IMG/VR virus record: IMGVR_UViG_2648501669_000011
DNA length: 13,928 nt
Origin: a virus
Lineage: Duplodnaviria; Heunggongvirae; Uroviricota; Caudoviricetes
Direction: 5' to 3' (one strand)
A program made the translations under genes and the position numbers. Of this stretch, positions 1 to 7,869 are shown piece after piece. The notes below the pieces were generated by a model, which saw only the letters and a program-made list of their open reading frames with translations, did not search any database and had not been told where the DNA came from. Positions within the stretch are counted from its first letter, which is position 1. Each line of letters begins with the position of its first letter.

Positions 1-1
1 C

Positions 2-61
2 CTCGGTGTCTGTGACGGGAGGGATGAAATAGCCAGATGCCGCACCCAGGGCAGTAAATAA
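2..61 (+). CDS. possible 3' end of an upstream gene (partial, 5' end outside window)
   Basis: Frame open from the window start to TAA at 59-61, immediately followed by the intrinsic terminator at 68-107. Only 19 codons, so weak on its own. Confidence 0.25.
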   Translation, partial: LGVCDGRDEIARCRTQGSK

Positions 62-67
62 AAAAAC

Positions 68-107
68 AAAACCCCGGCTGCTGGAACAGTCCGGGGTTTT
101 GAGTTTT
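68..107 (+). terminator. Rho-independent terminator
   Basis: Perfect 10-bp inverted repeat AAAACCCCGG (68-77) / CCGGGGTTTT (91-100), extendable by CTG/CAG pairing, followed by TTTTGAGTTTT. An A-tract on the 5' side makes it potentially bidirectional. Confidence 0.6.
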
Positions 108-192
108 CACGTCAGAGAGGAAATTGTGAGTAGTGAGTACGGAGAAAATCCTCGTGGGAAAGTATAAAAGATTCTTTTTGAGGTTGTCCATT

Positions 193-306
193 ATGAAAGG
201 TATTGAAGTGGAAACTCCCGCGAGCCTTGATTTGACAAGGGCTGCGGCCTTTGCAATTTGCCTTGTGGCGGTCGCTGTTCTGATTTGGGCTGTGCGTTGG
301 TGGTGA
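193..306 (+). CDS. small hydrophobic peptide (37 aa from ATG 193; frame open back to GTG 154 or 133), single predicted transmembrane helix
   Basis: Translation MKGIEVETPASLDLTRAAAFAICLVAVAVLIWAVRWW has an 18-residue hydrophobic stretch and ends RWW. Its stop TGA (304-306) lies 1 nt before the ATG of the next ORF. GGAG at 141-144 could serve a GTG 154 start. Below the ORF-track size cutoff, so speculative. Confidence 0.3.
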   Translation: MKGIEVETPASLDLTRAAAFAICLVAVAVLIWAVRWW

Positions 307-307
307 T

Positions 308-484
308 ATGACGCGAAAACACTGGACACACAGAATGCCGCGAACGGCGGCGAAATGGGTAGCGATACTGGTGCCTTTTTTATTGGTGGGATGCGTCAGC
401 CTGGATAAGGCGCGCCAGCTTTTCGATACAGCTTCTCAGGTCTGCGAAATTGTTGATAGTGTCCGGCAGTGTCTGCAGAACTGA
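308..484 (+). CDS. small putative lipoprotein (58 aa precursor, about 29 aa mature)
   Basis: Translation MTRKHWTHRMPRTAAKWVAILVPFLLVGCVSLDKARQLFDTASQVCEIVDSVRQCLQN: basic n-region, hydrophobic core and an L-V-G-C lipobox (Cys codon 392-394). The mature part has two further Cys. Start is tightly coupled to the preceding ORF (TGATATG). Confidence 0.35.
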   Translation: MTRKHWTHRMPRTAAKWVAILVPFLLVGCVSLDKARQLFDTASQVCEIVDSVRQCLQN

Positions 485-658
485 TCGCCCGTAAGAGCAG
501 AATATTTTGCTGAAAAATGAGGGGTGCGTCAGCGCACGGAAAGCATGAAATTCTGCGTTTGTGGTTATTCAATAAAATAAATTCTTTCTATCGCCGCGAA
601 TACTCAAATGTTGATCAGTGCCCGGTGCGGCGACAGGCTTCGATATCAGGAGACGATG

Positions 659-1054
659 ATGGAAAAAACAGAAAACAAACCGATTGCAATTGGTGCTGAT
701 GCTGCTCCGTTTAAGTTTGAGTTGTCTCAACTGGTGGAGATGCGCATCAGTGATGAATGGGGTGAGGTTAAAGCCCGCGCGCAGTATGCGTATGGCGAAA
801 ACCAGTACTTGATCCACTACAAAGCAGCTGATGGCCGCGCCACGACGGAGTGGTTTGGTGAGTCAATGCTGGAAGCAACAGAAGATGATCGTCATCCTGG
901 TTGTCCGGTATTTGCCTGCATGAAATTGCCGGAAGGCGCAGTAGTTGAACTGCAGCCGGGTGAGATGTTCGTGATGACAGACATCATTGATGGTAAACCG
1001 CAGTATTCGCGTATTGAAATGAATGGTAAGAGTGCTCGCCTGATTCGTGAGTAA
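659..1054 (+). CDS. hypothetical protein, 131 aa, acidic, no predicted TM segment; possible accessory (moron) gene
   Basis: ORF-track frame 608-1054. AGGAG at 648-652 sits 6 nt before ATG 659 (ATG 656 is too close). Translation begins MEKTENKPIAIGADAAPFKF; stop TAA at 1052-1054. Lies between the left-edge small ORFs and the putative cos/terminase region. No family recognised. Confidence 0.6.
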   Translation: MEKTENKPIAIGADAAPFKFELSQLVEMRISDEWGEVKARAQYAYGENQYLIHYKAADGRATTEWFGESMLEATEDDRHPGCPVFACMKLPEGAVVELQPGEMFVMTDIIDGKPQYSRIEMNGKSARLIRE

Positions 1055-1194
1055 CAGGCATTACAGCAGCTCTTCAGCGAGGGGCTGCGATAATGCAGGT
1101 GTTGGAGTGTATGCAAATGATAATTGCTCCCATTTTCACGGGTCCTTCCTGGAATTTAGAACACCGAGGGGATGCGGATGCGCAGAAAACGGCT

Positions 1195-1345
1195 AGTTTT
1201 TGCATTTTCATGGCGGCGGCAGCATGTGTGATAATTTATTGATAATTAAAAGTTATTTCTGTTTTCACCTGTACAATCTTTTTTCTCTCCTGTCATTAGA
1301 CCAGTTTGTAATTATTTGAAATATATAAATAAATTTGATTTTCAC
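1195..1345. other. candidate cos region (cosN-like GC core plus AT-rich cosB-like segment with an IHF-like site)
   Basis: 310-bp non-coding gap immediately upstream of a lambda Nu1-like terminase gene. GC core CATGGCGGCGGCAGCATG (about 1209-1226) resembles the GGGCGGCGACCT core of lambda cosN and is flanked by AT-rich DNA. The minus strand at 1232-1244 reads TATCAATAAATTA, matching the IHF consensus WATCAANNNNTTR. Positional inference only. Confidence 0.35.
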
Positions 1346-1364
1346 CTGCCGGATGGAGTTGCCT

Positions 1365-1901
1365 ATGTCAAATGTGATTGGGATTGGTGATGCTTATCAC
1401 TGGAGTGTTTTTAAAATCGCCGAGGCTTTTGGGCTTCATCGGGACACAGTAAAAAAACGTCTCCTCGCCGCCAACACTCCTGTGGCTGCAACTGTCAAAG
1501 GAAACCCCGTTTATGCCCTGCAGCATGTCGGACCTGCCCTGTTTGGCCCGAAGCATGAGGTAGCAGACTCTGTTCATGATCCATCCCGGATGGAGCCGAA
1601 AGAGAGGAAGGACTGGTTCCAGTCTGAAAATGAAAGGATCAAGCTGGAAAAGGAACAGCGGAAACTCATCCCTGTCGATGAAGTGGTCATCGTCTATTCA
1701 TCTATGAGAAAGGCTGTCGTTCAGGTTCTGGAGACCATTCCGGATATTCTGGAACGCGATTGCGCCCTGACTCCTCAGGCTGTTGGTGTTGTACAGCAGG
1801 CCATTGATGACCTGCGATATACCCTTCAGGAAAAATCCTACGAGGCCTGTGCTGCTGAATTAATTTCTAATGAGGAAGGGGAGAGTCTCGAGGAGGAATA
1901 A
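1365..1901 (+). CDS. terminase small subunit (lambda Nu1-like, N-terminal helix-turn-helix)
   Basis: GGAG at 1355-1358 then ATG 1365. N-terminus MSNVIGIGDAYHWSVFKIAEAFGLHRDTVKKRLL has an HTH-like layout comparable to the lambda Nu1 N-terminus; acidic C-terminal tail (EEGESLEEE). Stop TAA overlaps the ATG of the large subunit (TAATG at 1899-1903). Confidence 0.75.
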   Translation: MSNVIGIGDAYHWSVFKIAEAFGLHRDTVKKRLLAANTPVAATVKGNPVYALQHVGPALFGPKHEVADSVHDPSRMEPKERKDWFQSENERIKLEKEQRKLIPVDEVVIVYSSMRKAVVQVLETIPDILERDCALTPQAVGVVQQAIDDLRYTLQEKSYEACAAELISNEEGESLEEE

Positions 1902-4015
1902 TGGGTTTTTCATCAGCCCGAAACCTTGGCAGGGACATATCTGCAGGATTTTCCCCACCACGTCGCATGCCGATTTCGGAGGCTGTTAAAAAATTCATGC
2001 GAGTTCCTAAGGGCGCGGGTAACTCAGTGCCATGGGATCCTGAACTGACGCCCTACATTATTGAACCTATGAACTGTTTGGCATCGCGTGAATACGATGC
2101 GGTGATTTTTGTTGGTCCTGCGCGAACAGGGAAGACCATCGGTCTGATCGATGGATGGGTTGTCTATACCATCGTCTGTGATCCTTCGGACATGCTCGTC
2201 GTGCAGATGACCGAAGATAAGGCTCGTGAGCATTCGAAAAAACGGCTCGACAGAACGTTCAGAAGCAGTACAGCGGTAAAGAAAAGAATGAGTCCACGTC
2301 GTAATGACAATAACGTCCATGATAAGACGTTCAAGGATGGCTCATTTCTTAAAATTGGTTGGCCCTCAGTCAATATTATGTCGTCGTCGGATTACCGGTT
2401 TGTTGCCTTAACCGATTACGACCGCTTTCCGGAGAATATCGACGGTGAAGGTGATGGTTTCTCCCTGGCTTCAAAACGTACCACCACATTTATGTCTGCA
2501 GGTATGACGCTGGTGGAGAGTTCCCCTGGACGTGAGATCACAAACAGCAAATGGCGCAGAACGTCACCGCATGAAGCCCCGCCCACCACGGGGATCCTTT
2601 CTCTATATAACCGTGGCGATCGTCGTCGCTGGTACTGGCCCTGCCCAGATTGTGGTGATTATTTCCAGCCATCTATGGAGGCTATGACGGGGTATCGTGA
2701 CAATCCTGATCCTGTAAAAGCCAGTGAAGCGGCTCATATATTATGCCCTCATTGTGGCAACCGAATCACCGCAGACATGAAACGTGAACTGAATGGTCGC
2801 GGCGTCTGGTTGCGTGAAGGTGAGCAGATTGACAGAGAAGGGAATGTTACCGGAACGCCACGTCATTCAAGGATAGCCAGCTTCTGGATGGAAGGCCCCG
2901 CTGCAGCCTATCAGACCTGGGCGCAACTGGTTTACAAACTACTGACTGCTGAGCAGGAATATGAAGCCACAGGCAGTGAGGAAACACTGAAGGCGGTGAT
3001 TAACACCGACTGGGGATTACCTTATTTGCCTCGTTCTGCCATGGAGTTGCGCAGTGCAGATGTCCTGATGCAGCGGGCTGAGGATTACGGTAAGCGCCTG
3101 GTACCGCCGAAAGTGCGTTTTCTTATTGCGGCTGTGGACGTGCAGGGCGGGAAGAACCGACGGTTTGTGGTGCAGATTATTGGCTATGGCGAGGATGGCG
3201 AACGCTGGCTGGTGGACCGTTATAACATCCGACAGTCATTGCGCTGCGATGAAAATGGCGAAGCATTACCTGTGCATCCCGGGGCTTATCCTGAAGACTG
3301 GCAGTTGCTGGTCACCGATGTACTGGAGAAAACGTATCCGCTCCAGTCCGATCCGGCCCGCAGAATGCCTGTACTGGCAATGGCGGTGGACAGTGGTGGT
3401 GAAGACGGGGTGACGGATAACGCCTATAAATTCTGGCGAAAATGTCGTCAGGATGGACTGGGGCGACGGGTTTTTCTGGTAAAGGGAGACAGCACGAAAC
3501 GCCAGAAAATTATCACCATCACACACCCGGATAATACCGGGCGAAGCGATCGCCGTGCGGATGCTCAGGGAAAGGTGCCGGTATATCTCCTGCAGACAGA
3601 CCTGCTGAAAGATCAACTAAGCAATAACCTGCAACGTGAAATGCCCGGACCGGGCTACATTCATTTTCCTGACTGGCTCGGGGAGTGGTTTTATGAAGAG
3701 TTGACCTATGAGGAACGCGGTGCTGACGGGAAATGGCGCAAGCCAGGAAAAGGGAATAACGAAGCATTTGACCTTTTTTGCTATGCCCATGCCGTCGCCA
3801 TTCTGCGTGGCTATGAAAAAATCCGTGACTGGAACAACCCTCCCCAGTGGGCAAGAGGGCAGAATGCTGACGCTGGGGCTTCAGCAGACGGACGTTCTTC
3901 CGGCACAGTGGACAAGAAAAACGTTGCCGGAAGAGATGAGCGGCAAAAAGCAGCATCGTCGGAAGCGTTATCCGGAAACTGGTTATCACTACCCCGAAAC
4001 GGAGGATGGTTGTGA
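1901..4015 (+). CDS. terminase large subunit (lambda gpA family)
   Basis: 704-aa ORF directly coupled to the small subunit, with GAGGAGGAA upstream. P-loop GPARTGKT (2114-2137) near residue 72-79, similar in position to the lambda gpA ATPase motif. CPDCG (2642-2656) and CPHCGN (2744-2761) form a CxxC-X29-CxxC zinc-ribbon-like motif. Size and order match gpA. Confidence 0.85.
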   Translation: MGFSSARNLGRDISAGFSPPRRMPISEAVKKFMRVPKGAGNSVPWDPELTPYIIEPMNCLASREYDAVIFVGPARTGKTIGLIDGWVVYTIVCDPSDMLVVQMTEDKAREHSKKRLDRTFRSSTAVKKRMSPRRNDNNVHDKTFKDGSFLKIGWPSVNIMSSSDYRFVALTDYDRFPENIDGEGDGFSLASKRTTTFMSAGMTLVESSPGREITNSKWRRTSPHEAPPTTGILSLYNRGDRRRWYWPCPDCGDYFQPSMEAMTGYRDNPDPVKASEAAHILCPHCGNRITADMKRELNGRGVWLREGEQIDREGNVTGTPRHSRIASFWMEGPAAAYQTWAQLVYKLLTAEQEYEATGSEETLKAVINTDWGLPYLPRSAMELRSADVLMQRAEDYGKRLVPPKVRFLIAAVDVQGGKNRRFVVQIIGYGEDGERWLVDRYNIRQSLRCDENGEALPVHPGAYPEDWQLLVTDVLEKTYPLQSDPARRMPVLAMAVDSGGEDGVTDNAYKFWRKCRQDGLGRRVFLVKGDSTKRQKIITITHPDNTGRSDRRADAQGKVPVYLLQTDLLKDQLSNNLQREMPGPGYIHFPDWLGEWFYEELTYEERGADGKWRKPGKGNNEAFDLFCYAHAVAILRGYEKIRDWNNPPQWARGQNADAGASADGRSSGTVDKKNVAGRDERQKAASSEALSGNWLSLPRNGGWL

Positions 4016-4230
4016 AAAAAGATGAGATTTTCCAGATGCTGGTTATCGTGCGTCAGGCATACAGGGATTCCCTGGATGGTAAAAGTGTGTCTTTTACCGG
4101 GGTGAATGGCAGGGCGATCACCAACCATGATCCTGTTGCATTGCGCAGGGAACTTGAATACTGGGAAAAACGCTGGGCGGCGGCCTGCCAGCCCACAAGG
4201 AAACCGTACAAACTCGCCCGTTTCTCCTGA
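4012..4230 (+). CDS. head-tail joining / head completion protein (lambda gpW-like)
   Basis: 72-aa ORF between terminase and portal, as lambda W. GGAGG at 4001-4005 sits 6 nt before GTG 4012 (ATG 4006 has no spacer). The start overlaps the terminase stop (GTGA). Similarity to gpW is by size, position and loose pattern only. Confidence 0.55.
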   Translation: MKKDEIFQMLVIVRQAYRDSLDGKSVSFTGVNGRAITNHDPVALRRELEYWEKRWAAACQPTRKPYKLARFS

Positions 4231-4238
4231 GGTTTTTT

Positions 4239-5750
4239 ATGGGTTTTTTTGATAAAGCACTTGGTGCAATTGCGCCAGGGTGGGCAGTTTCGCGCGCCAG
4301 AAACAAAATGCTGCTGAGAGCTTATGAGGCGGCGCAGCCTTCACGCCTGAATAAAGCCCGGCGTGAGAGTCGTTCTGCCGATACAGCAGTTTTTTCTGCC
4401 GGCACTTCGTTAAGGGAGCAGGCCAGGGCGCTGGATGAAGATCATGATATCGTGATTGGTCTGCTGGATAAGCTGGAAGAGCGGGTTATTGGTGCGCAGG
4501 GGATCCAGGTTGAACCACAACCACTGAGAAGCGATGGCACCCTGCATGAATTGCTGGCAGAGCAGATCTCGGCATTGTGGTCTGAATGGTCTGTTCGCCC
4601 TGAGGTCACGGGGATGTTCACTCGCCCGGAGGCCGAACGGATGGCATTGCGATCTGCTTTGCGTGATGGCGAGATGTTCGTACAACTGGTGCGTGGTCCT
4701 GTCGCCGGTCTGAATCATTCCACTGTGGTGCCATTATCACTGGAACTTCTCGAAGCAGATTTTGTTCCGGTCAGTCTGAACACGAACGCGGGTCAGCAAG
4801 TCCGCCAGGGCATTATTCTTAACAACTGGGGGCGGCCTGTAGGGTATCGGGTTTATAAATACCATCCTGCAAATATGCGTGGATTCAGCGCCGATCTCAA
4901 AACTGTTCACGCAGACAACATGCTTCATCTGGCGATGCGGAAACGGCTTCATCAGGTGAGAGGTGTCAGCCTGTTACATGGTGTGATTCGCCGGATTGCT
5001 GATCTGAAAGATTACGAAGAATCAGAGCGTGTGGCTGCCCGTATTGCTGCCGCGCTGGGTTTCTACATTAAGCGTGGTGATGCCGCCAGCTTTCCGACGG
5101 ATAACGACTGGACACCCACAGAACAAAAACCCCGGTACTTTGATATTTCGCCGGGCATGATTTTTGACGAACTGGCCCCCGGTGAAGATCTGGGGATGGT
5201 GGAGTCGAATCGTCCGAATGTTCATCTTTATGAATTCCGGAACGGACAGTTGCGTGCTGTGGCTGCCGGAACCCGTGGCAGTTATTCCAGTATTGCCCGT
5301 GACTATAACGGCTCCTACAGTTCGCAGCGTCAGGAGCTGGTGGAAGGTTACGAAGGCTACGGGGTTTTACAGCAGTGGTTTGTCGGTCAGTACAGCCGCC
5401 CGGTGTACCGGGCATGGCTGGAGCAGGCGATACCTTTTCTTGAAATTCCTCCTGATGTGGATATGTCCACGCTTTTCAATGCCACTTATCTTGGCCCGGT
5501 GATGCCGTGGATTGATCCGGTGAAGGAGGCTGCAGCATGGCGGGCCATTCTTCGCGGTGGTGCCGGGACGGAGGCCGAGTGGATACGTGCCCGTGGGCAG
5601 TCACCGCAGGAGGTCAAACGTCAGCGACTGCGTGAAACTGAATTTAACCGGGAAAACGGGCTGGTGTTCGATTCTGACGCCGCTAACGATAAAGGAGTGA
5701 TCCCTGATGCAGCAAATGATAAACCCGCGTCTTCGCGGGACGATGATTAA
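4239..5750 (+). CDS. portal protein (lambda gpB family)
   Basis: 503-aa ORF in the canonical position after terminase and W; GAGG 6 nt upstream of ATG 4239. Size and composition fit lambda-type portals; acidic C-terminus (SSRDDD). Confidence 0.8.
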   Translation: MGFFDKALGAIAPGWAVSRARNKMLLRAYEAAQPSRLNKARRESRSADTAVFSAGTSLREQARALDEDHDIVIGLLDKLEERVIGAQGIQVEPQPLRSDGTLHELLAEQISALWSEWSVRPEVTGMFTRPEAERMALRSALRDGEMFVQLVRGPVAGLNHSTVVPLSLELLEADFVPVSLNTNAGQQVRQGIILNNWGRPVGYRVYKYHPANMRGFSADLKTVHADNMLHLAMRKRLHQVRGVSLLHGVIRRIADLKDYEESERVAARIAAALGFYIKRGDAASFPTDNDWTPTEQKPRYFDISPGMIFDELAPGEDLGMVESNRPNVHLYEFRNGQLRAVAAGTRGSYSSIARDYNGSYSSQRQELVEGYEGYGVLQQWFVGQYSRPVYRAWLEQAIPFLEIPPDVDMSTLFNATYLGPVMPWIDPVKEAAAWRAILRGGAGTEAEWIRARGQSPQEVKRQRLRETEFNRENGLVFDSDAANDKGVIPDAANDKPASSRDDD

Positions 5751-7797
5751 TCCCCGCGCCAGCCTTGCGGGGGTGGATGCCGCTAATGGTCAGTGCTGGT
5801 ATGAAATCCGTGCACAGACTGCCGGGCGGGTGGAAATTTACCTCTATGACGTGATTGGCGGATGGGGCATCACCGCGCAGCAGTTTATTGCTGACTGTAA
5901 GGATGCGGGGGTGTTTGAGGCCAGCGCTATTGATCTGCATATCCACAGCCCGGGCGGTGATGTGATGCAGGGGTTTGCCATCTTTAACACGCTGTCACGG
6001 CTGAAAGCGAAGGTGGATATCTGGGTGGATGGTGTTGCAGCCAGCATGGCCTCCATGATTGTCTGCCTGCCTGGCGCCACAGTGCATATGCCTGAAAATT
6101 CCTGGCTGATGATACACAAGCCGTGGGGCGGGATCGCCGGTGATTCCGATGATATGCGTGATTATGCTGACTGGCTGGATCGCAACGAGGCGCTGATGCT
6201 GTCAGCCTACATGAATAAAACCGGACTCGGGCAGGAGGAGCTGGAAGCCATGCTGAAAGCAGAAACCTGGCTGAACGGTGCTGAAGCTGTGGAAAAAGGC
6301 TTCGCTGATACGCTTGAACCTGAATTACAGGCTGCGGCCTGTGTGAACCAAAATAAACTGAAGGATTACCATAATATGCCAGAACAGATTAACGCGCTTT
6401 TTGCTCCACGTGCAGAAACGACAAACGGACAGCCGCAGGAGCCGAAAGCAACCCCGCAAAATGCGCAACAGATCGCTGCTCAGCAGGCACCATCAACCGG
6501 AAATGTGGATATCAGCGCAATTGCTTCGCAGGTTCAGCAACAACTGATGGCAGCCAATGCGGAACGTGTGCAGGCTGTAACCGCAGTTTTTGCCTCTTTC
6601 CCGTCTTATGCCGCACTGAAAGCGGAGTGTCTGAACGACATGACCTGTACGGAAGCACAGGCCCGTGAAAAACTGTTGCAGGCGCTGGCAGCCGGAACGA
6701 CACCAAGTGCAGGCCCGGGCGCTGTTCATATTCATGCCGGGAACGGTAATCTGGTCGGCGATTCCATTCGTGCGGCTGTGATGGCACGCGCCGGATATGC
6801 CGAAGCAGAAAAAGATAATGCTTATAACGGTTTTACACTGCGCGAGCTGGCGCGTGCTTCGCTGGTTGATCGCGGTATCGGTATCTCCGGTCATTCCGCA
6901 CCGATGGCGATGGTGGGGCTGGCATTTACTCACAGCAGCAGCGATTTCGGCAATATCCTGATGGATGTGGCTCATAAAGCTGCGTTGCAGGGCTGGGATG
7001 ATGCCAGCGAAAATTTTGACAAATGGACCCGCAAGGGAACGCTGACTGATTTTAAAACCGCGCATCGTGTCGGGCTGGAAACTTTCCCGACGCTACGAAA
7101 AGTATTGCCGGGGGCTGAATATAAATATGTGACCCTGAAAGATCGTGGCGAACCGATTGCACTGGCGACTTATGGCGAATTGTTCAGCATTGATCGCCAG
7201 ACCATCATCAATGATGACCTGGATATGCTGACCCGTATTCCGATGGCAATGGGGGCGGCAGCGCGGACTACCGTGGGGGATCTGGTCTGGGCCGTGCTGA
7301 CCAGCAATCCGAAAATGTCGGATGGCAAACCGCTGTTCCATGCAGATCATGGCAACCTGGTGACTGCCGATTTGTCTATTGAGGGGCTGGATTCCGGGCG
7401 TAAAGCCATGCTGCTCCAGAAATCGGGTGACCGTCGCCTGAACATTCGTCCTGCTTTTATGTTGACGCCTGTTGCCATTGAGTCGCGTGCCAATCAGTTG
7501 ATTAAGTCTGCCAGCGTGCCTGGTGCAGATGCGAACAGCGGCATTATTAACCCGATTCAGAATTTTGCCACGGTTCTGTCAGAGGCCCGTCTTGATGACA
7601 GCAGCCCGACGGATTATTACCTGGTGGCAGCGCAGGGGCGTGACACGATTGAAGTGGCTTACCTCGACGGTATTGATACGCCGTATCTGGAGCAGCAACA
7701 GGGCTTTACGGTTGATGGTGCAGCATTCAAGGTGCGCATTGATGCCGGAGTGGCACCGCTTGACTGGCGTGGCATGGTCAAAGTGAAAAAACAATAA
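5707..7797 (+). CDS. three-part head gene: ClpP-like prohead protease, Gln/Ala-rich scaffold-like linker, C-terminal major capsid domain (Gifsy-2 type)
   Basis: 696-aa ORF. N-terminal third carries ClpP catalytic signatures: AASMAS (Ser codon 6043-6045, compare E. coli ClpP AASMG) and MIHKPWGG (His codon 6115-6117, compare MIHQPLGG). Residues about 224-330 are low-complexity Q/A/P-rich. No separate capsid gene of about 340 aa follows, so the C-terminal 370 aa is inferred to be the capsid protein. Start is ambiguous (ATG 5707 with GGAG at 5694-5697; in-frame ATGs at 5716 and 5743). Confidence 0.7.
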   Translation: MQQMINPRLRGTMINPRASLAGVDAANGQCWYEIRAQTAGRVEIYLYDVIGGWGITAQQFIADCKDAGVFEASAIDLHIHSPGGDVMQGFAIFNTLSRLKAKVDIWVDGVAASMASMIVCLPGATVHMPENSWLMIHKPWGGIAGDSDDMRDYADWLDRNEALMLSAYMNKTGLGQEELEAMLKAETWLNGAEAVEKGFADTLEPELQAAACVNQNKLKDYHNMPEQINALFAPRAETTNGQPQEPKATPQNAQQIAAQQAPSTGNVDISAIASQVQQQLMAANAERVQAVTAVFASFPSYAALKAECLNDMTCTEAQAREKLLQALAAGTTPSAGPGAVHIHAGNGNLVGDSIRAAVMARAGYAEAEKDNAYNGFTLRELARASLVDRGIGISGHSAPMAMVGLAFTHSSSDFGNILMDVAHKAALQGWDDASENFDKWTRKGTLTDFKTAHRVGLETFPTLRKVLPGAEYKYVTLKDRGEPIALATYGELFSIDRQTIINDDLDMLTRIPMAMGAAARTTVGDLVWAVLTSNPKMSDGKPLFHADHGNLVTADLSIEGLDSGRKAMLLQKSGDRRLNIRPAFMLTPVAIESRANQLIKSASVPGADANSGIINPIQNFATVLSEARLDDSSPTDYYLVAAQGRDTIEVAYLDGIDTPYLEQQQGFTVDGAAFKVRIDAGVAPLDWRGMVKVKKQ

Positions 7798-7800
7798 ATA

Positions 7801-7824
7801 ACCGCCGGACAGGGCGGTTTTTTT
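7801..7824 (+). terminator. intrinsic terminator / attenuator just downstream of the capsid gene
   Basis: ACCGCC (7801-7806) pairs with GGCGGT (7813-7818) around loop GGACAG, followed by a 7-T run (7818-7824), 4 nt after the TAA stop at 7795-7797. Confidence 0.6.
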
Positions 7825-7869
7825 ATGGCTGAAGCGGCGCACTTTGCGCCGCATTTACCGGAGAAAAAA

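Noticed and set aside
517-699. 60-aa + strand ORF upstream of and overlapping the 131-aa gene
   Set aside because: No ribosome-binding site, odd composition, and it overlaps the better-supported frame starting at 659. Probably non-coding.
1227-1235. Extended -10-like promoter element TGtGATAAT, plus TTGATA at 1239-1244
   Set aside because: The region is very AT-rich, so near-consensus hexamers arise by chance, and there is no convincing -35 at correct spacing. Late genes in such phages are usually read through from an upstream late promoter.
1093-1245. 50-aa + strand ORF (MQVLECMQMIIAPIF...) with a GAGGGG upstream, inside the terminase-proximal gap
   Set aside because: It spans the GC core and AT-rich segment I interpret as the cos region. 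A coding gene across the packaging site is unlikely, though this was not tested.
6400-6560. Gln/Ala-rich low-complexity stretch that looked repeat-like at the DNA level
   Set aside because: It is in frame within the protease-capsid ORF and reads as a scaffold-like linker, not a DNA repeat, CRISPR array or mobile-element end.
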